A model generated the notes under the pieces. The model did no database searches, had not been told where the DNA came from, and was given only the letters and a program-made list of their open reading frames with translations. The translations under genes and the position numbers were made by a program. A stretch of DNA of 63,715 nt, the filler included, from Octopus bimaculoides (lineage: Eukaryota): assembly GCF_001194135.2 (NCBI RefSeq). It is 7 parts of 6 records of this genome, joined end to end, with 100 filler letters (N's around TTAATTAATTAA, not from the genome) between each part and the next. Parts side by side here need not be neighbours in the genome. Positions count along the whole stretch, not along the records: positions 49,381 to 60,817 come from NC_068999.1; positions 60,918 to 63,715 come from NC_068996.1; 5 more parts are not named here. One strand, written 5' to 3'. This document shows positions 51,818-63,715 of the stretch, one piece after another. Position 1 is the stretch's first letter, and every line of letters begins with the position of its first letter.

Positions 51818-52370
51818 ATGCTGCTGTTGTTGTTGTCACCGTTGAGTATTTCCGTTTATGAAGCGCGAGTCGCAGTGTCGCTGCTGTAAGTCGTTAACAC
51901 AACATTACGGACGTTGTACGCCATGCTGTTGTCACCGTTAAACATTTCCGTTTGTTGAACACATTATTAACACATTATTAAAACACATTAGAGAGAATGA
52001 TGTTGCTGTTATTATTGTCAGCATTGACACAAGTCACTCTGTTGTCATCGTCATCGTCATCGTCGTCGTCATCGTTTATGTTATGAATGTCAAAAAGCAT
52101 GCTGTTGTCAGCGCCAAACACTTCCGTTTGCTAAACACATCATTTAACATCACACTGCATATTATGGTTGTTGTTATTCTTGTCGTTTAAACTTACTATG
52201 GACATTATAGCACTTCTTGTTGTTCTAGTTGCTGTCGTTAACGCTACGGTTTATCTTGAAGAACATTACAGTGTACGTTGTTGTTGTTGTTGCTGTTGCT
52301 ATGGCTACTACTGTCCGTGTTTGTTTAACACATGTTGCTGCTGTTGTTGTTGTTGTTGTTGTTGTTGAAT
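50670..52370. repeat. Mosaic trinucleotide low-complexity region (ATG/ATA/GGT/GTT/GCT) with an N gap
   Basis: Directly visible. Confidence 0.9.
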
Positions 52371-53100
52371 TCTAAGGTAGCTCTGTTGGGGCAGACCAAT
52401 AATGAAAGACATTCAACAGTGAGCATAAGACCCTTTCTGAGGCATTAGTGTATCTTAGACTACATTATCTAATGTGTCGATTGTTTTAGACTTTAGCATT
52501 TAATTTTAGTGAATTTGGTTGCTAACAGTATCATAAAGAGTCCCCCGTGGTTGTTGTTCTTGAGCCAGTCCTGGAGGCGCAAACTTATGATTAACAACAA
52601 TCCATATGTGACCATGCCATCTGCTGTTCACGCAATCATCCAGTGTATTCTCGAAATTTTCAGTGATATATATTGCACATGTTCATGTCATGTGATAATA
52701 TTCGTTATCACATGAAGACAAAATGTGTAATTGCTTAACCTGGGATTTGCACTCGCGAACGTTTATTTAGGCATAGGGTTCTTACGTTTTGTCATCTGTG
52801 CCATGCTCCTGTAGTGCACCAATAGTACGGCTTTCTTAGCTTGTTATATGACTTCAGCATGAGAGATGACGGGCAAGAAAGGTTACGTATACCCCAGTAC
52901 ACAACTGGTACAGAAAAAAAAAACTAACTACGTCTATAAATATATGTGAAAGGGAGAGAGAGAAAAGAAGAGCGAGCAAGCGAGAGAGAGAGAGAGGGAG
53001 AGAGATTGTGTATGTATGTAATGTATGTATGGATGTATGTGTACCTTTCGTCAGTTATATAAATGTGTATGTATATATGTGTATGTATATATGTATATAG

Positions 53101-53148
<48 letters not shown>

Positions 53149-54671
53149 TGTGACACGTATGCATGTGTGCATATATATGTGTGCGTGTATATATATATAT
53201 AAATGCATATATAGTTGGCTGTTATTTCTGTNNNNNNNNNNNNNNNNNNNNNNNNNNNNNNNNNNNNNNNNNNNNNNNNNNNNNNNNNNNNNNNNNNNNN
53301 NNNNNNNNNNNNNNNNNNNNNNNNNNNNNNNNNNNNNNNNNNNNNNNNNNNNNNNNNNNNNNNNNNNNNNNNNNNNNNNNNNNNNNNNNNNNNNNNNNNN
53401 NNNNNNNNNNNNNNNNNNNNNNNNNNNNNNNNNNNNNNNNNNNNNNNNNNNNNNNNNNNNNNNNNNNNNNNNNNNNNNNNNNNNNNNNNNNNNNNNNNNN
53501 NNNNNNNNNNNNNNNNNNNNNNNNNNNNNNNNNNNNNNNNNNNNNNNNNNNNNNNNNNNNNNNNNNNNNNNNNNNNNNNNNNNNNNNNNNNNNNNNNNNN
53601 NNNNNNNNNNNNNNNNNNNNNNNNNNNNNNNNNNNNNNNNNNNNNNNNNNNNNNNNNNNNNNNNNNNNNNNNNNNNNNNNNNNNNNNNNNNNNNNNNNNN
53701 NNNNNTATATATATATATATATCCGGCCCACTATTAGCCAACTAACTCAAACTTATTCACCAAATATCTATTTATCTGCAAGAATATTCGTTTTGCCATT
53801 GTGTTCCAGTTCTTTGAAGTTTACGGTGTGTGTGTGCGCGCGCGCATGTGTGTGTTTGTGTATGTGTGTGTGTGATGAATGATATGAACACGTGGACATT
53901 TTGTTAGAAGTTGGTTTAGCATTTGCTTGGAGTTATACGCATGCGCGTACACACACATATGCACATGTCTATGCGTGTGTGTATTTATATACATGTATAC
54001 ATATACGTACACATATATATGTATAGGAGTGTGCGTGTGTGTAGGTATATGTGTGTGTGTATGTGTATATATATGTATATGTGTGTGTGAGTGTATGTGT
54101 GTGTGTGTATGTGTCCGTGTGTGTATGTGTCCGTGTGTGTATGTGTCCGTGTGTGCATGTATATATTTATGTATACGTGTATGTGTATATGTAACTAATT
54201 ACATGTAAGATCTTGCGCCCTTGTTACTCCGAAATTCACGTTTCCGTTTTTCACACTGTAAAGCAGATGGTGGAGTGTACGGTGGATAAAAGCGTTGGAA
54301 GCCCATGTCTAATAAACGATCCCGAATTCAAGTCCCTGCTGGAGCAATTACACATCTTTGTGTGCTTTAATTGCAGTCATTAATTATATTAACTCTCACT
54401 CTGTGTATTGAATGCTTCCGCATTTGCTCTCTATCTTTCTCCCTATGTTTTTTCTTTCGTTTTTACTTCACACTCTTCCCTCACACTCTTCCTCTTCCCG
54501 TCTCAGTTTGTCCTCTCGACTTCCATTTTCACCTCTTCCTTTCAATACTCTCTTTCTCTCTCTCTCTCTCTCTCTCGTCCCTTCTCTCCGTTTTTATTCT
54601 ATAGACATCCCTTTGTCTCTCCTCCCTCTCTCTCCCTCCATCTCTCCCTCTTCCTCGATATCTCTCTCCCT

Positions 54672-54711
<40 letters not shown>

Positions 54712-55517
54712 NNNNNNNNNNNNNNNNNNNNNNNNNNNNNNNNNNNNNNNNNNNNNNNNNNNNNNNNNNNNNNNNNNNNNNNNNNNNNNNNNNNNNNNNN
54801 NNNNNNNNNNNNNNNNNNNNNNNNNNNNNNNNNNNNNNNNNNNNNNNNNNNNNNNNNNNNNNNNNNNNNNNNNNNNNNNNNNNNNNNNNNNNNNNNNNNN
54901 NNNNNNNNNNNNNNNNNNNNNNNNNNNNNNNNNNNNNNNNNNNNNNNNNNNNNNNNNNNNNNNNNNNNNNNNNNNNNNNNNNNNNNNNNNNNNNNNNNNN
55001 NNNNNNNNNNNNNNNNNNNNNNNNNNNNNNNNNNNNNNNNNNNNNNNNNNNNNNNNNNNNNNNNNNNNNNNNNNNNNNNNNNNNNNNNNNNNNNNNNNNN
55101 NNNNNNNNNNNNNNNNNNNNNNNNNNNNNNNNNNNNNNNNNNNNNNNNNNNNNNNNNNNNNNNNNNNNNNNNNNNNNNNNNNNNNNNNNNNNNNNNNNNN
55201 NNNNNNNNNNNNNNNNNNNNNNNNNNNNNNNNNNNNNNNNNNNNNNNNNNNNNNNNNNNNNNNNNNNNNNNNNNNNNNNNNNNNNNNNNNNNNNNNNNNN
55301 NNNNNNNNNNNNNNNNNNNNNNNNNNNNNNNNNNNNNNNNNNNNNNNNNNNNNNNNNNNNNNNNNNNNNNNNNNNNNNNNNNNNNNNNNNNNNNNNNNNN
55401 NNNNNNNNNNNNNNNNNNNNNNNNNNNNNNNNNNNNNNNNNNNNNNNNNNNNNNNNNNNNNNNNNNNNNNNNNNNNNNNNNNNNNNNNNNNNNNNNNNNN
55501 NNNNNNNNNNNNNNNNN

Positions 55518-55592
<75 letters not shown>

Positions 55593-56605
55593 TCATAAAT
55601 TTAAACACACACAAACAAACGAAGAATCGAACAACATATTAAAAATAAATCTTTTTTTTGTTTGTTTATTGTTTTTTTGTTTCTTCATGCTGTCGCCATA
55701 ATCGTTGACCTGACTCGTGACTCGTGACCATTGATCCACGACAGTTGAGATTTTAGTTCAAACGTGACACTCACCTTTCTATTAATATTTTATTCGCTGA
55801 ACGAAACAATTTTAAGCTTTGATCTTTTTAGTTCCAAGGATTTTTTGGGATCGAAATTGAAATCCCTTTTTTTTTTGCATTTCTCCTGGAGAGCATAGCG
55901 ACCTTAAGCATCGTTTCAAAATGGCCGCCTCGCGTTGCGAAGGCTTCGTTTACGCCATTTGCGGTCGTGACTTCTTGTTAGTTAGACCATGAAGTTTTTC
56001 AATATTACCTGCTGCTGCAGCTGCTGCTGTTTAGCCACACATCACACCTCATTGAGCAGGCCTATGATCAAAGACGTTCCAGCTGTGACGCCCTCCATCT
56101 AATTTTCAAACGAAATATTTTTAAGACCACATTTATTCAATGTGGGTTTTCCATTTTAAAAGAATATGGAATAATTAAGAGATTCAGCTGCTATTTGTTA
56201 GAGATGCCATCGCCTGCCTGTTGCAATGAGAGATGGAGTGAGCTGGTTGAGTTGAATGAAATGCCATTCGACAGAATATAGCTACGTCCCTCTAAGTCCT
56301 GAGTTCAAATCCCGGTGTATGTACTGGGCGTTGGTTCAATCGACTGTACATACTGACTAAAATGTGTGGCATTGAGAGTATGTTATGAATGTTGAGGAAG
56401 ATTATGGAGTTGGTTGAAAGTAAGTGAGAATGTGTTGAAATATTTCGTTTACGTACTCAGTACAGGTGGTAAAGTATGGTAGAGTATATGTATTGATAAA
56501 ATGTTAGGATTTGTAATTATATATATTTACTGATGATTGCCTACAGACAGTGTGATACACCCGAAAAGAAAACTCTCTAACACACATATATACACGCAAA
56601 CACGC

Positions 56606-56643
<38 letters not shown>

Positions 56644-56939
56644 TATATAGTCTGTGTGTGCGTGTGTATTATGTTTGCAAGTTGGATTACTAAGTAAAGA
56701 CAGGAACAACGTAAATTACTCAATACATTTAGTNNNNNNNNNNNNNNNNNNNNNNNNNNNNNNNNNNNNNNNNNNNNNNNNNNNNNNNNNNNNNNNNNNN
56801 NNNNNNNNNNNNNNNNNNNNNNNNNNNNNNNNNNNNNNNNNNATAATACTTAAAATTATCTCTATCGCCATCATTTTAAGTTTCTTGCCAAGCCAGTCTA
56901 TTTTGGTAAGAAAAGTAAAAAAGTGAAATATTAGTCTAC

Positions 56940-56975
<36 letters not shown>

Positions 56976-57235
56976 GTGAGTGGGAGAGACGGGGAAATGA
57001 ATTTTATATTAATAAATACATTACAACTGTAGAACTGTTTAAAAAGCTAAAACATTTTCTCAAAAACCTCAAGAGCACTTATGGGGTCATCTTAGCACTG
57101 CACCGTTGTAATTGTCCATCAGACGACCCTATTACACTGAACCTCGCTTTTTACCCTTCAGATCTTATTGTACTTGAAGTCAGCCGACTGGTCAGAGCTC
57201 CACCAGTTTTAAGCTATTTATCTCTAGCAGCACAC

Positions 57236-57303
57236 GTGATTCATTCTTGACCGTGATTCATTCTTGACCGTGATTCATTCTTGACCGTGATTCATTCTTG
57301 GAC
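57236..57303. repeat. 17-bp tandem repeat x4 (gtgattcattcttgacc)
   Basis: Three exact copies plus one diverged copy. Confidence 0.95.
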
Positions 57304-57973
57304 GGTGAGGCTGATGGCAAAAAGAGAAGAAAAAAAAAACATTCTCTTCAGCATGTCTATTCACAAACTACAAAATCTCATCGTCCCACGTCACCCTAGT
57401 GGTTTATTTGTGGTTGTGCTAGAGCTGTTTGCCAGAAGTACAAGGATTACATACGACTGGAAAATCTCATTCGCAGCCCATCATTGGCCCTCGAGCTTTT
57501 GCCCATCATCAGCTTTCAAACATCATCAGCCGATTCTTCATGTGCCTCTCTAAGAGGATCTCCACCAACTTTGCCGAGGTGTCTTTCCCTCCATTTTCTA
57601 AACAATGATGGTTCCGTAAAAAAAGTACCCCATCTCGCCATAGAGAAATACCCCAAAATACAGATACCCACACAAATGCACACCAATGTATATACGCACT
57701 CGTACAAGCAATTATACTTTGCTTTATCGAAAATAAGCCCCCCTCTTCACCACATGAAATAAAAACAATACAAATAATAAGGTAGGACAAGGAAAAACAA
57801 CTGCAACAACAAAAATGGCAACTATGTGAGAAGAGCCAAAACAGGAATTGGTGTGTTTATCAACTAACTTACCATTCTCAATTTATAAACAGGTGAGGCC
57901 CAGTATTCTAACGGATGCCCATACCAGATCGTATATGCGTGTGTGTGTTTGTGTGTGTATGAGAGAGAGCGTG

Positions 57974-58020
<47 letters not shown>

Positions 58021-58468
58021 NNNNNNNNNNNNNNNNNNNNNNNNNNNNNNNNNNNNNNNNNNNNNNNNNNNNNNNNNNNNNNNNNNNNNNNNNNNNNNNN
58101 NNNNNNNNNNNNNNNNNNNNNNNNNNNNNNNNNNNNNNNNNNNNNNNNNNNNNNNNNNNNNNNNNNNNNNNNNNNNNNNNNNNNNNNNNNNNNNNNNNNN
58201 NNNNNNNNNNNNNNNNNNNNNNNNNNNNNNNNNNNNNNNNNNNNNNNNNNNNNNNNNNNNNNNNNNNNNNNNNNNNNNNNNNNNNNNNNNNNTTCTTAAC
58301 TTCAAACTCTGAAGTTAATTCTTGGTCTGCTTTCTCATTATTTTATAAATTTGCTTTATATTACATGTACATACACACACACACAACACACAATACACAC
58401 ATCTACATACACACTCAAATACATACATATATAGATACATACATACATCTCTCTCTCTCTCTCTCTCT

Positions 58469-58523
<55 letters not shown>

Positions 58524-59608
58524 TACATATATATATATATATATGCGTATATCTATTTGTATGTACCTGTCTATCTATCTATGTGTCTAAGTAGTGTGTA
58601 TATTGTTCACATTAATCAGATAGTTGCCTAAGATTTACAGATATCCTTCGCCCACACAAGCTAGTGTTTAAATTAGTTGTTTAACATGAATTTATACATA
58701 CATATATACATACATACATGTATGCAAACAGACACACATATACACACGTACGAACGCGTGCGTGTATGTGTATGTATATGTCTGCGTGTATTTATGCACG
58801 TACACACATACAAGGAAGAACTGCCAAGACCACTAAAGGTATCAATTTATATGTATCATATTTTTCTTGCTTTGTTTTGTTTTTTGCTTTTTGCCCACCC
58901 ATATTATCTGATCTTGAGCTAGTCAAGGTGGCTCCCTCTCTAAATATTTACTTTCTTTCTCTGATTGGCAATAAATGTGAGATTTCGTTACAGGAAATAA
59001 CTAAACTTCATCTCAGTGTACCGTTGAGTGACGTATTTCTTAGATGCACCGTCAACGGTGGACTTAGCTCCGTAGGAGTTTCCCTTCATTGTTTCAACTT
59101 AAATCTCCTTATCCATTGCACCTTAAGGGCGCATCTGAACTATTCTCACCCTATGATGTATCCATTGATCTCTGAATGGACGTTTACTTTGTTGGTGGCC
59201 ATCGATCTTTAATGTATACTCACAACAGTAAGATTCGAACTTAGCAATGTAAGCTAAAGAACAATTGTCTATTGTTACAGCTTCATACATTAATGAAAGT
59301 TACCTTCTTTGTTGTACCTCCTTATGGCTCAGTAAACTGGGTTTAAATCAGAACTTTCTTATTAGCAATTTTGTTATTGCTCAAATCCTTTCCTTCCAGA
59401 CGATATCCATGGAACATGGAGTGGTACTTAGTGTCCCCATATTGAGTCCATTCTCCAAGAAGAAAAAAAAATATTCTTTTATATATCATGAACTAACTTG
59501 ATTTTTGTCTCAAACGGTTTTTGAAAGAGAAAACAATTTGCGAACAGTAAAAATTATAATTATTTTCATTGAAACAATAGAAGAAACATTAAAAATATTG
59601 ATATCCAG

Positions 59609-59653
<45 letters not shown>

Positions 59654-60919
59654 GGTGTTTGATACAAGAACGCCCTGTAAATAACCGCCACAAACGATGT
59701 CATCTTAATGTTTATTTCCTCTCTCTATCTATTTCTCTCCCCTTCTCTCTCTCCCTCTCTCTGTCTCTCTGTCTCTCTCTCTCTCTCTCCAGCCCTTAAT
59801 AATTCTCTCGTTTCTTATATTCCAGGCCCCGTTACCCTCCACAAGCTTCCAGTCCTTTTCCTTCTAAAACGCCGCCGCTAAATACATTGCAGCCATCGAT
59901 TATTCCATCTAACCTTTACTGTGTGTTACATCGCTTATCTCTTTGACTCCTACAAGACTCCGTCCCCACCCGACCCCTACCCCGCTTCTTCTCTTTTCAC
60001 ACATTTCTACTCATTCTTCCCCCTCTCTACTCCACCCCCTTCAATCCTATGCACTTTTGCACTTCATCTTATCTAAATTCTCGTGTTTCAATCCTTTAGG
60101 TATACGATACTTCCGCCACATTTTACATACATACAAATAAAACATACATACATACATACATACATACATACATACATACATGCATATATGCACACACACA
60201 CACACACACATACACACACACATAGTTATATTATTTTATTCTTTTACTTGTTTCAGTCATTTGACTGCGGCCATGCTGCAGCACAGCCTCTAGTCGAACA
60301 AATCGACCCCAGGACTTATTCTTTGTAAGCCTAGTACCTATTCTATCGGTCTCTTTTGCCGAACCGCTAAGTTAAGAAGCTTGTATGCTTCGAGCAGTCT
60401 ATGGTAGGCATAAAAACAGCGCTGAGGAGCAATAATGACTTACTAGCGTCGAAAGTTTTAGGCTTTTCCAATATCGATGTTCGTGAAGCTGAAAACATTT
60501 TTGTATAGCTCACGGCTAGCGTCTGGAGTTGCTATGAATGTGAATAAAGATCCAAATTGAATGAATGGAGCAAGTGGTTCGTTGGCACTCCGTCGGTTGC
60601 GACGACGAGGGTTCCAGTTGATCCGATCAACGGAACAGCCTGCTCGTGAAATTAACGTGCAAGTGGCTGAGTACTCCACAGACAAGTGTACCCTTAACGT
60701 AGTTCTCGGGGGAGATTCAGCGTGACACAGAGTGTGACAAGGCTGGTCCTTTGAAATACAGGTGCAACAGAAACAGAGAGAAAGAGTGAGAGAAAGTTGT
60801 GGTGAAAGAGTACAGCANNNNNNNNNNNNNNNNNNNNNNNNNNNNNNNNNNNNNNNNNNNNTTAATTAATTAANNNNNNNNNNNNNNNNNNNNNNNNNNN
60901 NNNNNNNNNNNNNNNNNTT

Positions 60920-62192
60920 TGGCCTTCCAACGTCATGCAGGAAGTCCCTCTGAATTTCTTTGTATGTTTTGAGGGGTAACCGCATTAACGTTAAATGATC
61001 CGGAATCCTAAGTGTGCTGGTGTTATAAATTGCACCCTCTTTCTCAATTTGCTTGTTTTTGGCTGAGAGCCAACAAAAATTTGTTGGCTCTTCTCACGAG
61101 CACATAATTCGGTGTTTCCGTATTGACCGTGAGCTTTCTTTTGGGAACTATGTGTGGTTGTGGGTGCATTAGTGGATTTGGCTGGGGTAGTGGTCGTTGT
61201 AGGGGTGGTAGTGCTGGTGTTGTTTTTGCTGTGTCTATGTTCGATTATTGGGGGTTTCTGTATTTTCGGGTGTTGATGTAGGTTCTTTTGTTTTCTGTTT
61301 CCTTTGCCTTTTTCGTTTTTTTTACTTTGTGGGGTTCTTCCTCGTCTTCACTACGGGATGAGCAGTGGATAGTGTCTGTATGGTCTGTCTTGGGGAGAGT
61401 GAGTGTGTGTTTGTGATAGTGTGAGCGTGCTTGTGTGAGTGTATGCTTGAGAGAGAGGATGAGGGGGTGCCCAGGGTGGTTTTCCCTATTGTATGGGGTT
61501 CACGTGCCTCTGTTGTCGTTGGGGGTGCGCTGTAGGCTGCAGGTGTGGCCGTGTACCTCCAATGTTTTGGGGTAGAAGGCTCTCAGGTGGCTCGTGGACC
61601 CACAGGTGTCACATCTGGGCTTTCTGCCTTCCACTTCGACACGCAGTTCCACCCCGTTGGGCAGCTAGATCAGGTGCAGGATCTTCACGATATCCTCTGG
61701 TTTCACATGGATTAATATCTCCAAGTTGATCCCGCACCAGTTCTCCCAGCTGCTCCTTTTTACCTCCATGAGTGACTCTGGGTCCTGCAACGCACAGGCA
61801 ACAATCCACCAGACGTTTACACCTGGTGGTACACCGTTTACCCTAATTCTCGTCGTTCACTTCCAGAGGTAGGTAGGATATAGGATCCAATCCTCAGTCC
61901 ACCGGGGTGACACTGCGTGTCTTTGCGCGAAGTCCTCACTTTTAAAGAGAGCCTCAATGCTTGTCAACTGCTTCCCTCTCTGTATGTGAGCCACATCTAT
62001 TAAAATTTTGCTGAGGCCCTTCTCGACGTGACTGATGGAAGCTATTTCGGATCCTCTGCTTTTCCGTGATACGCATTTAAGATATACTGTCTTTTTTTCT
62101 TTTGCCGTACCCCGTCAACTTTGATGATGTCTTTTGCTTTTAAAAGTTTTCTAATATTGTCCTCGAGAGGGATTGTAAACATTTCTTTCATT
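60920..62192 (-). pseudogene. Gag-like ORF1 remnant of a Tx1/L1-type LINE
   Basis: One minus frame reads through two stops: ...IRVNGVPPGV...LRVEVEGRKPRCDTCGSTSHLRAFYP (CX2CX4HX4C knuckle with the last C replaced by Y, 61572-61613), then Pro/Thr- and Lys-rich tracts. Confidence 0.75.
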
Positions 62193-62239
62193 GTGTTTGC
62201 TACATCAGCAAACCACTTGTTTTTGTTACTGATTTTGTT

Positions 62240-62560
<321 letters not shown>

Positions 62561-62949
62561 TTCACTGCTGCTACTTTGAACTTTTCCGTCCTTCGTTCTC
62601 GCTTTCCCCTAATGTTGTCAGTAACGGAGGGAAGAGGAAGGGAAATCTTCAGCATTCAAAAAATTTTTTTCAGAAGGCGCAGTTTTTTTACTTCACTCTT
62701 CGAAGATGCGTTCCGCTATCTTGTTTATTTATATTGGATTAAAACGCTCACCGAATATATTTAGAACCGACTATAGCTTCGGTAGGGGCTAAACAAAGAC
62801 AGGGACCCAGTGCCAGGCCCCTCGTGTTTCTATTAACAAACTGGAACAATGTTTAAAAAAAAAAAACGGCAACAAACGGGTGTAAACTAAAGTTTTAAAC
62901 AAGACTTACTTCGGGCGTTCGAAAATACGCCTGTCGTGTTCAGCAGTAA

Positions 62950-62951
<2 letters not shown>

Positions 62952-63010
<59 letters not shown>
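62952..63010. repeat. (AAT)n microsatellite directly 5' of the R4/Dong fragment
   Basis: Directly visible. Confidence 0.95.
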
Positions 63011-63012
<2 letters not shown>

Positions 63013-63350
63013 CGACAAAACTATAAAAGCTAATAAACCGGATATTATTATAAAAGATCAGACAAAGAAGACGTGTTTATTAATTGACATGAGTATTCCC
63101 TCTGATCATAATATAGCGGCGAAAGAATTTGACAAGATCAGTAAATATAAAGACTTGCTAATAGAAATTGAAAAAAATGTGGCACCTCAAGGCGACTACC
63201 GTACCAGTGATTGTAGAATTTTTAGGAATGATAAAAAAAGGTACTGAAACCCATTTAAAAATGATACCAGGCTTACCATCCCTACAGGAAGTGCAAAAAA
63301 TCGTGTTAACTGGAACGACTCATATACTGAGAATAGCATTAGCGTTGTGA
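63011..63350 (+). mobile_element. R4/Dong-clade non-LTR retrotransposon, 3' fragment with restriction-like endonuclease domain
   Basis: NKPDIIIKDQTKKTCLLIDMSIP...KISKYKDL, frameshift in an A-run near 63175, then MWHLKATTVPVIV...LQEVQKIVLTGTTHILR (PD..D RLE and R4-type C-terminus). Confidence 0.9.
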
Positions 63351-63715
63351 AAACAACATCCATTCATGAATTTATTTATTTTTTTGCATACATGTGTAGT
63401 GGCGCGAAATTATAGCCGCCATTGAGGAAGTACTATTCTGCGCATGCGCAGGGGACTTCATCACCGGAAGCCCCTCGAGTTGCGCATGCGTAGTAAAACT
63501 CGTACTTAAGCAGTTACTTTCATTATCTCGGTGAGTTGAGCCTGAGACCTTCTACGTAACAACACCTCGCTCCTCCACGAAGCACTTTTACACTGCTCTC
63601 TGGCAGGCATCAAGGAAGAACCTTCCATTATCAAACTACAACCTAATCAGCGGCTGCTAAGCTGAATGACAGAAATTGTGAAACCAAGTATCATAGTCAT
63701 AAATAAAACCTTTTT

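Noticed and set aside
57350-57762. Long open frames in moderately GC-rich unique sequence
   Set aside because: Both strands give similar-length frames with no recognisable domain or consistent splice sites
61066-61091. 12-bp-arm hairpin as a terminator
   Set aside because: Intrinsic terminators are bacterial; a single short palindrome within a LINE remnant is expected by chance

Overview
Eukaryotic, repeat-dominated, gap-rich draft sequence with no recognisable intact host gene. The tRNA-headed SINE families, microsatellite load and Dong/Tx1/Tc1 content resemble an octopus (coleoid) genome; this is inferred from recall, not a database hit. Transposon content: three Tx1/L1-like LINE pieces (247-3480 +, 43340-45163 -, 45240-45360 -), a gag-like ORF1 remnant (~60920-62192 -), an R4/Dong RLE fragment (63011-63350 +), Tigger/pogo, Tc1 and mariner remnants, a Helentron-type element and dozens of SINE copies. 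There are also two diverged tandem arrays (22 bp, ~100 bp). Most long ORFs in the supplied track are N-gap or microsatellite artefacts. The most interesting signals are: (1) a fold-back element at 3814-4095 containing a minimal Penelope-type hammerhead ribozyme motif, plus two other fold-backs with weaker hammerhead-like remnants; (2) Tx1-like LINEs stacked head-to-tail in (GATA)n whose 3' tail matches that of the commonest SINE; (3) a CpG-poor to CpG-rich transition near 27-30 kb. All identities were judged by eye.
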